This document shows, in pieces, positions 36,324 to 46,589 of a DNA stretch of 64,000 nt. The position numbers and the translations under genes are program-made. Within the stretch, counting starts at the first letter, position 1. Each line of letters opens with the position of its first letter. Under the pieces are notes generated by a model that was not told where the DNA came from, ran no database searches, and saw nothing but the letters and a program-made list of their open reading frames with translations. The stretch comes from Bacteroidota bacterium (GTDB lineage Bacteria > Bacteroidota > Bacteroidia > Bacteroidales > VadinHA17), in NCBI GenBank assembly GCA_011050615.1, contig DRFJ01000048.1:1216-65215 (forward strand), in the 5' to 3' direction.

Positions 36324-37361
36324 ATGAAAGGAAAGATCATTATAATGTTACTCGGCTTCGCAATGTTTATTACGTATTCATGCGGAAGGCCCGATGCCCT
36401 TGTAATAAATATCGTAAGGCAGGATGGGTCAGTAAGCAGGAAAATTATCCTTACCTATTCGAAAAATGAATTCGACCTTGATGATTGCCAGGTTCCTGTT
36501 GACAGCACCTGGAATATAACAAGAGAATCTGATATCTCTGAAAAGGGAGACACCACCTATACCCTTACAGCCATCAAGGATTTCAATTCGGTACAGGAAT
36601 TAAATCTGATGTATGATAGCTGTCGGGGAGCAAATGAAGGGTTGACCAGAAGAGCTGATTTTAAGAGGAAGTTCAGGTGGTTCAATACACATTATTATTT
36701 TAATGAGCATGTAGGCAGGGCAATAGAAGGAATAAGCCCGCAAGAATTTTTTAACGCGGAGGAACTAAATTACTTTTATATGCCTGAGAAACTGGTTGAA
36801 CTGGAAAAGGAAGGACCCGACAGCAGCTATATAACAGAAACAATTTTACAGCCACTCGAAGAAAAAACCGAACAATGGATTGGAAGAAGCCTGGCAAGAG
36901 CTTTTGTGAATAAAATAATCGATACCGTAAGTGCCAATCCTGAAATCAAGATCGATACCGGCCGCATTCGCCTTAGGGAAGATGAAATCGCTGCTTCTAT
37001 ATTGTTTGATGAGATGGAAGAGCAACAGCTCATAGACAGCCTTATAGGTGCGGGTTTATATGAAGCCCACAGTGCACTGAATGATACACTTATTTCACAG
37101 ATTGAAGATGAATTCAGTATTGCCCTTAATACCGATTCATATCTTATACAGACGGTTATGCCAGGAGAACTGGTAGCTACCAATGGTTATGTCGATGAAG
37201 ACGATAATGTTGTCTGGGAAGTAAAGGGGGAAGTAATACTGTCGGCTGATTATAATATGTGGGCCGAATCAAAGGAGAGAAATACCTGGGCATGGATTGT
37301 TACGGGATTATTTTTACTATTTGTTATACTGGGCTTGATCATCAGGGTACTCAAGAGATGA
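36324..37361 (+). CDS. Hypothetical lipoprotein with C-terminal TM anchor
   Basis: 345 aa. Signal peptide with lipobox TYSCG and a C-terminal helix WAWIVTGLFLLFVILGLII. Third gene of the ECF cluster. Confidence 0.5.
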   Translation: MKGKIIIMLLGFAMFITYSCGRPDALVINIVRQDGSVSRKIILTYSKNEFDLDDCQVPVDSTWNITRESDISEKGDTTYTLTAIKDFNSVQELNLMYDSCRGANEGLTRRADFKRKFRWFNTHYYFNEHVGRAIEGISPQEFFNAEELNYFYMPEKLVELEKEGPDSSYITETILQPLEEKTEQWIGRSLARAFVNKIIDTVSANPEIKIDTGRIRLREDEIAASILFDEMEEQQLIDSLIGAGLYEAHSALNDTLISQIEDEFSIALNTDSYLIQTVMPGELVATNGYVDEDDNVVWEVKGEVILSADYNMWAESKERNTWAWIVTGLFLLFVILGLIIRVLKR

Positions 37362-37442
37362 CCGGTGCAGGATGTCCGTTGAAGATCTGAAAAATCCTGA
37401 ATCACATCATTCCTGGCAGTTACCCAAAATGTTAAATATAAA

Positions 37443-37469
37443 CGGCAGGCTCCATATTGGGGCCTGCCG
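37443..37469 (-). terminator. Hairpin between convergent genes, probable terminator of the sigma-factor gene
   Basis: 8-bp GC-rich stem CGGCAGGC/GCCTGCCG with an 11-nt loop. On the minus strand it is followed by GTTTATATTT. Confidence 0.4.
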
Positions 37470-37498
37470 CCGACATTAATTGGAAACTGACTGTCTGG

Positions 37499-38014
37499 CT
37501 AACGGTAATCATCAAGTAATTCCATCAGCTTCTTCCTGGTGAAAAATATACGACTTTTTACTGTCCCGATTTTAAGATCAAGCTTTTCAGCAATTTCTTT
37601 ATATTTAAATCCCTGTACGTGCATCATAAAGGGTACCTTAAACTCATCCTCAAGGCTTTCAATTACTTTCTCAAGCTCATTGACCGAATAATTTGACTCG
37701 GGAGAAATAAAGCCGGAATCCTGTGGGAGATTCAGAAAATAAAGATCCTGTGAACCGTCAATTATCGTGTTTTCCTTGACTGAACGCCTGTAATTATTTA
37801 TAAAAGTGTTCTTCATTATCGTAAATACCCATGCCTTAAGGTTGGTGTAGTCAACAAATTTATCCTTGTAGGTTATAGCCTTCATGTATGTATCCTGCAC
37901 CAGGTCTTCAGCCCTGGTCTGGTCTGTAGTCAGGCTGAGTGCAAACTTCATCATGTTATCTTCAAGGTTTACCAGATTCTTATTGAATTCAACTGTTGTC
38001 ATTGTTTTTATCAT
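37499..38014 (-). CDS. Sigma-70 family (ECF-like) RNA polymerase sigma factor
   Basis: 171 aa. Region 2 (AEDLVQDTYMKA...KAWVFTIMKNTFINNYRR) and region 4 (FKYKEIAEKLDLKIGTVKSRIFFTRKKL). Confidence 0.85.
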   Translation of the reverse strand: MIKTMTTVEFNKNLVNLEDNMMKFALSLTTDQTRAEDLVQDTYMKAITYKDKFVDYTNLKAWVFTIMKNTFINNYRRSVKENTIIDGSQDLYFLNLPQDSGFISPESNYSVNELEKVIESLEDEFKVPFMMHVQGFKYKEIAEKLDLKIGTVKSRIFFTRKKLMELLDDYR

Positions 38015-38305
38015 TTTGGGTGTTTAATTGAAATTAAAATTAATTGAACAAATTCGGATAAACAAATCCTAATATCTTAAAATACTTTTTTTCGTGAAGG
38101 AGTATAAATAAGGAATTATATTTAATAATCAAGTAATCAATATAATAATCACAATAATTTAAGGTTTTGTACAAATTATTTATAAATAATTGCCACACGT
38201 GGCATTGCACAGAGAATATTTGTTTGGACTTATAGGTATTCTTAAGGAAGACTGCTTAAAATATTCTTTTGCTATATTTAGATTAATTTAACAGGCTAAA
38301 TCGGG

Positions 38306-39142
38306 ATGCTTATGGAAATAAAATTAAAACCTGCCGGCATGGATGAATTATATGGTATTTATTTACCGGTTAAGAATGCCCTGGCCTGCATAGTGCTGGT
38401 CCATGGACTGGGGGAGCATATTGGCCGTTATAAGGAGTTGGCAGCATTTTTTAACGAGAATAAGTATTCGTTTATCGGGCTTGATTTGCCTGGCCATGGT
38501 AAATCCCCCGGGAAAAGAGGGCATATAAGAAATTTTATTTTGTACCAAAATATCCTTGATGCAATAGCCGCTTATGTGAGGGAGAATGAAGGTGGTATTT
38601 CCCTGGTTTTATACGGACACAGCCTCGGAGGAGGTATAGCTCTTAATTATCTGGTCACCGGGAAAAATATGGATAGCGGGATAATAACTTCCCCATGGCT
38701 TAAATTGAGTTTCGAGCCACCAAAAATTAAAATACTTCTTGCCCGGGTCCTTAGCGGATTGATTCCCTCTCTTTTACAATCTTCAGGGCTAGATCCTGTG
38801 GATCTCTCTTCAGACAAAAATGTAGTTAAAGAATACAGGTCGGATCCACTGATTCATTTCTTGATATCTATAAAACTCTATGTTTCTGCAACACGTAATG
38901 CTGCAGCTTTGTTAAATTGCAGGGACAAGCTGCAGGTTCCTGTTCTTATGATGCATGGAGAGAATGACAGGATAGCGTCTCTTGAAGGATCTGAAACCTT
39001 TGCCGGGAATAACAGGATGGCAGAATTAAAGATCTGGGCAGATGGATACCATGAGCTTCACAATGAGTTATTCCGTGAAGAGGTTTATGATTATATATTA
39101 AAATGGTTAAATAAAAGGTATGAAATTCAGAACAGAAATTGA
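38306..39142 (+). CDS. Alpha/beta hydrolase (lysophospholipase / monoacylglycerol lipase-like)
   Basis: 278 aa. HGLGEHIGRY, nucleophile elbow GHSLGG, and a C-terminal GYHELHNE histidine motif. Confidence 0.85.
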   Translation: MLMEIKLKPAGMDELYGIYLPVKNALACIVLVHGLGEHIGRYKELAAFFNENKYSFIGLDLPGHGKSPGKRGHIRNFILYQNILDAIAAYVRENEGGISLVLYGHSLGGGIALNYLVTGKNMDSGIITSPWLKLSFEPPKIKILLARVLSGLIPSLLQSSGLDPVDLSSDKNVVKEYRSDPLIHFLISIKLYVSATRNAAALLNCRDKLQVPVLMMHGENDRIASLEGSETFAGNNRMAELKIWADGYHELHNELFREEVYDYILKWLNKRYEIQNRN

Positions 39143-40106
39143 CCTGAAGCCTTCCCTTCTAAAAGTCGGGTACGACACACCTGTAATGTTGACAGGTTCC
39201 TGCTTTGCCGAGGAAATAGGGAAGCACTTCTGTAATGGCAAAATGAAAGCCTTGATTAATCCTTTTGGAGTTTTGTATAATCCCTTATCAACATTACGCT
39301 CCCTGGAGCTTATCATGGATGCTGAAAAATTCACCGGAGATGACCTCTATCATTTCGATAATAAATATTTGAGTTTTTATCATGATACAAGCTTTTCTTC
39401 AAGGGACAGCAGTGAAAGCCTTAAGAAAATTAACCGTTCTCTGGCAGATGCCAACAGGTTCCTTTCAGGAGCTTCCTTCCTTTTCATAAGCTTTGGCACA
39501 GCCTGGGTTTACAGGTGGAAGGAGGATAACAGGGTGGTGGCCAACTGCCATAAAATACCGGCTGCCAGGTTCACCAGGCAGCTGCTTAAACCGGAGGATA
39601 TTATTTCGGGGTGGCTCAGTTTAATTGAGAAACTGGAAAATTTCAACACCAGGCTGAACATTGTTTTTACTGTCAGCCCGGTTCGTCACCTTAAGGATGG
39701 TGCCCATGGCAACCAGCTCAGTAAGTCTACCCTCCTGCTGGCAATAGACCGGTTAATGTCATTAAACAATAAGCTGTCTTATTTCCCTTCATATGAAATA
39801 ATGCTGGATGAACTCAGGGATTACAGGTTCTACGGGAAAGACATGGTTCATCCTTCGGAAACGGCAGTGGATTATCTGTGGGAAAAGTTTAAGGATTACT
39901 ATTTTACTGATCATACAAGGACCATATATGAAAGGCTTTTGAAAATTACTGAAGCAACAAAGCATATCATTACCGGGAATGACAGTGAGGATAATGCAAA
40001 ATTCAGTAAAACAATGCTGGGTAAAATAGGAAGTTTATTAAGAGATTATCCTGGCATTGACCTGACAGAGGAAGAAAAATATTTCAAAAACCTTCTTAAG
40101 AAATAA
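39120..40106 (+). CDS. GSCFA domain protein
   Basis: 328 aa. Carries the eponymous motif (LTGSCFAEEIG) near the N-terminus and SGNH-like features. Confidence 0.8.
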   Translation: MKFRTEIDLKPSLLKVGYDTPVMLTGSCFAEEIGKHFCNGKMKALINPFGVLYNPLSTLRSLELIMDAEKFTGDDLYHFDNKYLSFYHDTSFSSRDSSESLKKINRSLADANRFLSGASFLFISFGTAWVYRWKEDNRVVANCHKIPAARFTRQLLKPEDIISGWLSLIEKLENFNTRLNIVFTVSPVRHLKDGAHGNQLSKSTLLLAIDRLMSLNNKLSYFPSYEIMLDELRDYRFYGKDMVHPSETAVDYLWEKFKDYYFTDHTRTIYERLLKITEATKHIITGNDSEDNAKFSKTMLGKIGSLLRDYPGIDLTEEEKYFKNLLKK

Positions 40107-40149
40107 TCTTTTTGTCTAAATAAGTGTTTTTAATTTAAAACAAAAAGAA

Positions 40150-40738
40150 ATGACAGGAGACTGCAGGACAAAGTCATTGGGATCCTGGAAAATACGATTA
40201 TACTTCTTAACAATCTTTCTGGTTTTAATTTTTATTCCTGTATTATCCTATTTCACAAAAAATGAAAACAGTGAAGGACCCCGGATAAGAGTTGAATTTC
40301 AGAGGGGAGAGTCTTTTTATTATCCTTTGATGGCAATCTGGCTGGAGTACCCGGAAGGTAATTATATCCGGACCCTCTTTGTTCCGGAATCGGTTGCCAC
40401 TTCAGTTTACAGGTTTTATTATGCCGGCAAGGACCGATGATTCCCTTGAAAGGCCGGTAAATGTGATGCTGGAGTTTAACCAGAACCGGGACTGGAACGA
40501 ATACTGGACCAATGACAAGTATCCCGGGGATGAGTATTATCTGAGATCCTGTCAGCCGGCTGTTATTTATCAGGCAACAATTGATCCGGCCATGCCGGGC
40601 GGGGAAGTTCTGATGAAGACAATTGGCCACAGCCATCCTTCAGGCAAAACAGGCGAGCTCTTTGATGAACTCAGCACCTTAACAACAGCTCTCACTATTG
40701 CAGATTCAATAACTATATATACTGGTAAGGTGAAGTGA
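40150..40738 (+). pseudogene. Small secreted/membrane-anchored protein split by a +1 frameshift
   Basis: ORF 40150-40440 encodes a signal-anchor plus ...YYPLMAIWLEYPEGNYIRTLFVPE.... ORF 40379-40738 is in the +1 frame. The two overlap by about 60 nt and would join smoothly near 40425-40440 (...VYRFYYAGKD / DDSLERPVNVMLEF...). Confidence 0.45.
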
Positions 40739-40740
40739 TA

Positions 40741-41112
40741 CTAAGGTGAATCTATCAGTATCTTTTTTACGGTACGGGTTTTATCCTCAAATTCAATGGT
40801 AACAAGATAGATTCCTTTCTGGACATTGGAAAAGCTTATTTCAGCCCGGTTACGTGGATAATTATATTTTTCCCTTGTGGTCTCCTGTCCGATTATATTG
40901 GTGAGCCTGACAAAGGTGAAAGCTTTATCACTGGTAATTGTAAAACGGTTGTTGGTTACGGGCACAGGGAAGATTTTTGTATTTGTATCTTCTTCAAGGG
41001 AATTTTCAGTAATCATGGTTTTTTCACCGGCAGAGTTTTTCTCCCGGGATTGGCCTGCAGCAAGTCCTGAGCCAATAAAGATCAGTAATATACAAAGCGT
41101 AATTAACCTCAT
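40741..41112 (-). CDS. Minimal T9SS type-A sorting-domain protein
   Basis: 123 aa. Signal peptide, about 25 residues of acidic linker, then a complete approximately 80-aa Por/T9SS C-terminal domain (IFPVPVTNNRFTI...VQKGIYLVTIEFEDKTRTVKKILI). Confidence 0.7.
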   Translation of the reverse strand: MRLITLCILLIFIGSGLAAGQSREKNSAGEKTMITENSLEEDTNTKIFPVPVTNNRFTITSDKAFTFVRLTNIIGQETTREKYNYPRNRAEISFSNVQKGIYLVTIEFEDKTRTVKKILIDSP

Positions 41113-41249
41113 TTAAAGGCCAGATTTTCTTGTTTATACGCAAATATCGTGCTAAAGATACAAATTTTTATCTAATTTGAGATTTTAAGCCAACTCCTAT
41201 GTTCATGTGACTCAGATTTCTCAATGTTTTAAAAAAACATTAATTTCGC

Positions 41250-42518
41250 ATGAACGAGATTAACTATATGAAAGATTTACAGAGTATAAAACAAAGATTC
41301 GGCATTATTGGGAACAACATCGGGCTTAACAGGGCAATAGATTTAGCAGTGCAGGTTGCTCCCACTGATCTTTCTGTACTTATTTTAGGTGAAAGTGGAA
41401 CCGGGAAAGAAATTTTTCCCCAGATAATTCATTATCACAGCAAGCGTAAACACGGTCAATATATAGCAGTCAATTGCGGAGCAATACCTGAAGGGACAAT
41501 CGATTCAGAATTATTCGGACACGAGAAAGGATCTTTTACGGGTGCAACGGACAGTCGCAAGGGTTATTTCGAAGTGGCTAACGGAGGAACGATCTTTCTT
41601 GATGAGGTAGCAGAACTGCCCCTGTCAACCCAGGTAAGGCTGCTCAGAGTGCTTGAATCAGGTGAGTTTATACGGGTAGGTTCTTCAAAAGTGCAAAAGA
41701 CAGATGTAAGGGTTATTGCAGCTACAAATATAGATATATTGCAGGCGGTTAATTCGGGAAAATTCAGTGAGGATCTTTTTTACCGCCTTAATACAGTCCC
41801 GATAAATATACCTCCCTTAAAAGACAGGGGAGATGATATTCTCTTATTATTCAGAAAATTCGCTGTTGATTTTGCAGAAAAATACCGCATGCCTGCAGTG
41901 AAGCTTACTGAAGATGCAAGGCTTTTGCTCACTTCTTACTCATGGCCCGGTAACGTGAGACAGCTTAAAAACATAACCGAACAGATTTCAATTATTGAGG
42001 GATCAAGGGAAATAGATGGAGAAATATTAAAATCATACCTGCCTGATTACAGCAGCGTAAAACTGCCTGCAGTAATTAAAAGAGATGCAGAAAGTTCATT
42101 TTCATCTGAAAGAGAAATTCTTTATAAGATACTCTTTGATATGAAAAATGATATGAATGATCTCAAAAAGCTGGTCCTGGATATGCTTCGTGAAGGATCA
42201 TCATCAGTTCATCTTGATGACAGGAATTCCGGCGTTATTCAACGTTTGTACAATGATGCGGCTGTTAGTGACATAAACGGTGGTGACACCGGAAGAGATA
42301 ATACAGAAATGAAATATTCTCATGATAAAAGATCGGGCCAGATACAGGATACGGAAGAGATAGTTGAAGAATCCCTTTCCCTGGTCGACAAGGAAATTGA
42401 ATTGATAACCAAGGCGCTGGGAAAGTATGGTGGTAAAAGAAAACTTGCCGCTGAAGAACTGGGAATATCTGAAAGAACACTTTACAGAAAAATTAAGGAG
42501 TATGGAATTAATCTGTAG
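41250..42518 (+). CDS. Sigma-54-dependent transcriptional activator (AAA+ bEBP) without N-terminal sensory domain
   Basis: 422 aa. Walker A GESGTGKE, GSFTGA (GAFTGA-type loop), Walker B IFLDEV, and C-terminal Fis-type HTH ([21 protein letters not shown]). The AAA+ core begins about 25 aa from the N-terminus. Confidence 0.9.
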   Translation: MNEINYMKDLQSIKQRFGIIGNNIGLNRAIDLAVQVAPTDLSVLILGESGTGKEIFPQIIHYHSKRKHGQYIAVNCGAIPEGTIDSELFGHEKGSFTGATDSRKGYFEVANGGTIFLDEVAELPLSTQVRLLRVLESGEFIRVGSSKVQKTDVRVIAATNIDILQAVNSGKFSEDLFYRLNTVPINIPPLKDRGDDILLLFRKFAVDFAEKYRMPAVKLTEDARLLLTSYSWPGNVRQLKNITEQISIIEGSREIDGEILKSYLPDYSSVKLPAVIKRDAESSFSSEREILYKILFDMKNDMNDLKKLVLDMLREGSSSVHLDDRNSGVIQRLYNDAAVSDINGGDTGRDNTEMKYSHDKRSGQIQDTEEIVEESLSLVDKEIELITKALGKYGGKRKLAAEELGISERTLYRKIKEYGINL

Positions 42519-43047
42519 ACATTTCCGTGCAGCTTTTGTGGTAAGATCGGTCATTATACCGGTCTTTGTCTTCCTTGCCTTTACAGGGGAGGGATGTACC
42601 GTAACCTATTCGATGAGCGGAGCGAGTATTTCACCTGATGTCAAGACTATTAACGTGGAATATTTTGAGAACAGGGCAGGCCTGGTTCAACCGGGCCTGA
42701 GCCAGTATCTTACAGATGAACTGATGGATAAATGCCGGGCCCAGACTAATCTTAAATTTGTTAATGAGGCCGGTGATGTGAGCTTTGAGGGAGAAATAAG
42801 CGATTACAGGAATGAACCTCTTACGATATCGGGTGACGCCAGGGCTGCAATGAACAGGTTCACAATTTCGGTTAGTGTAAGATTTACGAACCTTGTTGAA
42901 CCTGATTTCAGTTTTGAACAAACATTTACAAGGTATGAGGATTATGACAGTGCCAAAGAGCTGAGCCAGGTGGAGCAGGAGCTTACCGAAAAGATAATTG
43001 AACAAATTGTTGAAGATATATTTAACAGGGCATTCGTGAACTGGTAA
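42502..43047 (+). CDS. lptE: LptE-like LPS-assembly lipoprotein
   Basis: Start chosen at ATG 42502, preceded by AAGGAG and overlapping the activator stop. Lipobox GEGC followed by [11 protein letters not shown]...[10 protein letters not shown] and ...[11 protein letters not shown], the typical Bacteroidota LptE pattern. Confidence 0.65.
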   Translation: MELICRHFRAAFVVRSVIIPVFVFLAFTGEGCTVTYSMSGASISPDVKTINVEYFENRAGLVQPGLSQYLTDELMDKCRAQTNLKFVNEAGDVSFEGEISDYRNEPLTISGDARAAMNRFTISVSVRFTNLVEPDFSFEQTFTRYEDYDSAKELSQVEQELTEKIIEQIVEDIFNRAFVNW

Positions 43048-43049
43048 TT

Positions 43050-43958
43050 ATGAATAAGGCTGACTTTATAAATATTATTAAGGGACATAAGGTCTTGTCT
43101 GATAATGAATTCAAAGATGTTTACAGGATCAGCACAAACTATCCTTATTTCCAGTCAGCCTACATAATCCTGCTGAACTCACTTTACAGGAAAGATGATA
43201 TTGAATTTGCAGAGAAATTAAAGGAAGCTGCTATTTATATTGCCGACAGGGAAGTCCTTTATAATTTGTTAAATTCTGAAGAATGGATTTCAACCGCGTG
43301 GGGAAGGAAGGAGCAGGAGATTGAAGCGGCCCCCGAAAGGCTTTATGATAAACAGGATAATAAGAAAGTTCAGGATAGGGAAAAGGGAGAGTACAAAGAA
43401 GCTGATGCCGCTAATAGGGTTTATGAATATGAACCGGTATCAGGCAGATCGCGCGAAGAATTGATAAGGGAAATACAGAATCGCCTTAATGAAATCAACA
43501 GCCTGGATATTTTACAGATCGACGAATCGAACGACGACCAGGAAGTACTAACTGAAGATGGAAACGGCAGCCTGGATAATGATATCCTGGCAGCGGGCAA
43601 TGACTTGCTTGATCTCGATCTTGAGGACGATGACCATTACGATGAAAAACAGGGTCATGATAAGGAGAAAAGAGATTTTATAGATGATGATGAACTGGTA
43701 GACAGGTTCATTAATGCTAACCCGAGGATCGAACCGGGGACAGGCAGTGACAATACACAGCAGGAAGATATCTCTGCCAGAAGCAGCGAAGAGTCGCCTC
43801 ATCTCGTATCCGAAACACTTGCAAGCATTTACCTTTCCCAGGCTTACTATTCAAAGGCCATTAGTATTTATGAAAAATTAAGTTTGAAATATCCGGAAAA
43901 AAGTAGTTACTTTGCGTCGCAAATTGAAAAGATAAAAGAGATATTAAAAACTGATTAG
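43050..43958 (+). CDS. Hypothetical acidic protein with TPR-like C-terminal end
   Basis: 302 aa. Very acidic centre ([12 protein letters not shown]) and C-terminus [24 protein letters not shown]. Conserved position between lptE and secG. Confidence 0.5.
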   Translation: MNKADFINIIKGHKVLSDNEFKDVYRISTNYPYFQSAYIILLNSLYRKDDIEFAEKLKEAAIYIADREVLYNLLNSEEWISTAWGRKEQEIEAAPERLYDKQDNKKVQDREKGEYKEADAANRVYEYEPVSGRSREELIREIQNRLNEINSLDILQIDESNDDQEVLTEDGNGSLDNDILAAGNDLLDLDLEDDDHYDEKQGHDKEKRDFIDDDELVDRFINANPRIEPGTGSDNTQQEDISARSSEESPHLVSETLASIYLSQAYYSKAISIYEKLSLKYPEKSSYFASQIEKIKEILKTD

Positions 43959-44309
43959 ATGGGTATATACGTTTTTATTTCAATTATAGTAATTATTGCC
44001 TGTGTTCTACAGGTAATGGTGGTACTTGTACAGAATTCGAAAGGAGGAGGGCTGGCGGCAAATTTTACTTCCACGGGTCAGTCAATGGGAGTCAGGAAAA
44101 CAGCTGATTTTCTTGAAAAAGCTACCTGGACCCTTGCAGCAATTATTCTTTTACTGAGTATTGTTTCCACGGCAGCTATACCTCATGGGATAGAAGAAGA
44201 ATCGTCAAGAATACAGGACCAGATTGAAAATGCTGTTGATCCTACTGCCATTCCTAACCTTCCAACAGCTATACCTGACCAGGGAAGTGGAAACCAGGAG
44301 GAAGATTAA
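43959..44309 (+). CDS. secG: Preprotein translocase subunit SecG
   Basis: 116 aa. Two TM helices flanking the LVQNSKGGGLAANF motif. Confidence 0.8.
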   Translation: MGIYVFISIIVIIACVLQVMVVLVQNSKGGGLAANFTSTGQSMGVRKTADFLEKATWTLAAIILLLSIVSTAAIPHGIEEESSRIQDQIENAVDPTAIPNLPTAIPDQGSGNQEED

Positions 44310-44330
44310 TAAAATATATTGAACAGAAAA

Positions 44331-44363
44331 ATGTCAGTTTGTCATCAAACTGACATTTTTTTT
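44331..44363 (+). terminator. Rho-independent terminator after secG
   Basis: 10-bp stem ATGTCAGTTT/AAACTGACAT, 6-nt loop, followed by a T7 run. Confidence 0.7.
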
Positions 44364-44474
44364 GCAATTATGACGTACATGCTACGGCAAATTGGCAGAA
44401 ATATTATTTGGCACAAATTCTGTAAAATAATGATGTCGATAAAAAATTAATGTTTAACAAATCAAATAAGTAAA

Positions 44475-44753
44475 ATGGCAAAATTAAAAGGTAAAATACT
44501 GGCAGGTAAAGTACTTGTTAAGCCTCATGAGGCAGAAGAAAAAACTGCAAGCGGCATCATTATCCCTGACAGTGCTAAGGAAAAACCACAACAGGGCACA
44601 ATAATACTGGTTGGTGCAGCAAAGAAAGACGAAGAAATGGAGGTAAAACCCGGCGATGTAGTACTCTATGGCAAATATGCAGGTCAGGAACTAAATATCG
44701 ACGGTGAAGATTACCTTTTGATGTCTCAAAGTGATATCTTATACATAGCATAA
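44475..44753 (+). CDS. groES: Co-chaperonin GroES
   Basis: 92 aa. [16 protein letters not shown] mobile-loop region, followed by groEL. Confidence 0.95.
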   Translation: MAKLKGKILAGKVLVKPHEAEEKTASGIIIPDSAKEKPQQGTIILVGAAKKDEEMEVKPGDVVLYGKYAGQELNIDGEDYLLMSQSDILYIA

Positions 44754-44762
44754 ACGTAATAA

Positions 44763-46412
<1,650 letters not shown>

Positions 46413-46443
46413 TAAACATAACTTATTGAAAATTTTTCTTAAG

Positions 46444-46477
46444 GCAGGGAACTTGTGCACGCAAGTTCCCTGCTTTT
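46444..46477 (+). terminator. Rho-independent terminator after groEL
   Basis: 12-bp stem GCAGGGAACTTG/CAAGTTCCCTGC, 6-nt loop, then TTTT. Confidence 0.75.
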
Positions 46478-46554
46478 ATTTACACTCCTTTTCAACCTTC
46501 TCTACCCATTCTCAACTTATTCTCCGCCTGCTCTCAACTTTTCCAACTATTAAT

Positions 46555-46562
46555 TATATTTG
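46555..46562 (+). promoter_or_regulatory. Candidate -7 promoter element (TAnnTTTG) for lepA
   Basis: TATATTTG lies 28 nt upstream of the ATG at 46590. Confidence 0.3.
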
Positions 46563-46589
46563 CGCTTAATCTTAGGAAGGATACAAACG

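Noticed and set aside
42427-42501. Longer N-terminal extension proposed by the ORF track for lptE. Similar extensions were considered for lepA (46560-46589), fabF (53506-53532) and exbD (62509-62592).
   Set aside because: The extensions add atypical residues, overlap upstream genes or terminators, and in each case are followed by a Met that begins the canonical family N-terminus.
44380-44440. TTGGCA and TGGCAC strings upstream of groES as possible sigma-54 promoters.
   Set aside because: Neither has a TTGC-like -12 element at the required spacing (TGGCAC-AAATT-CTGT).
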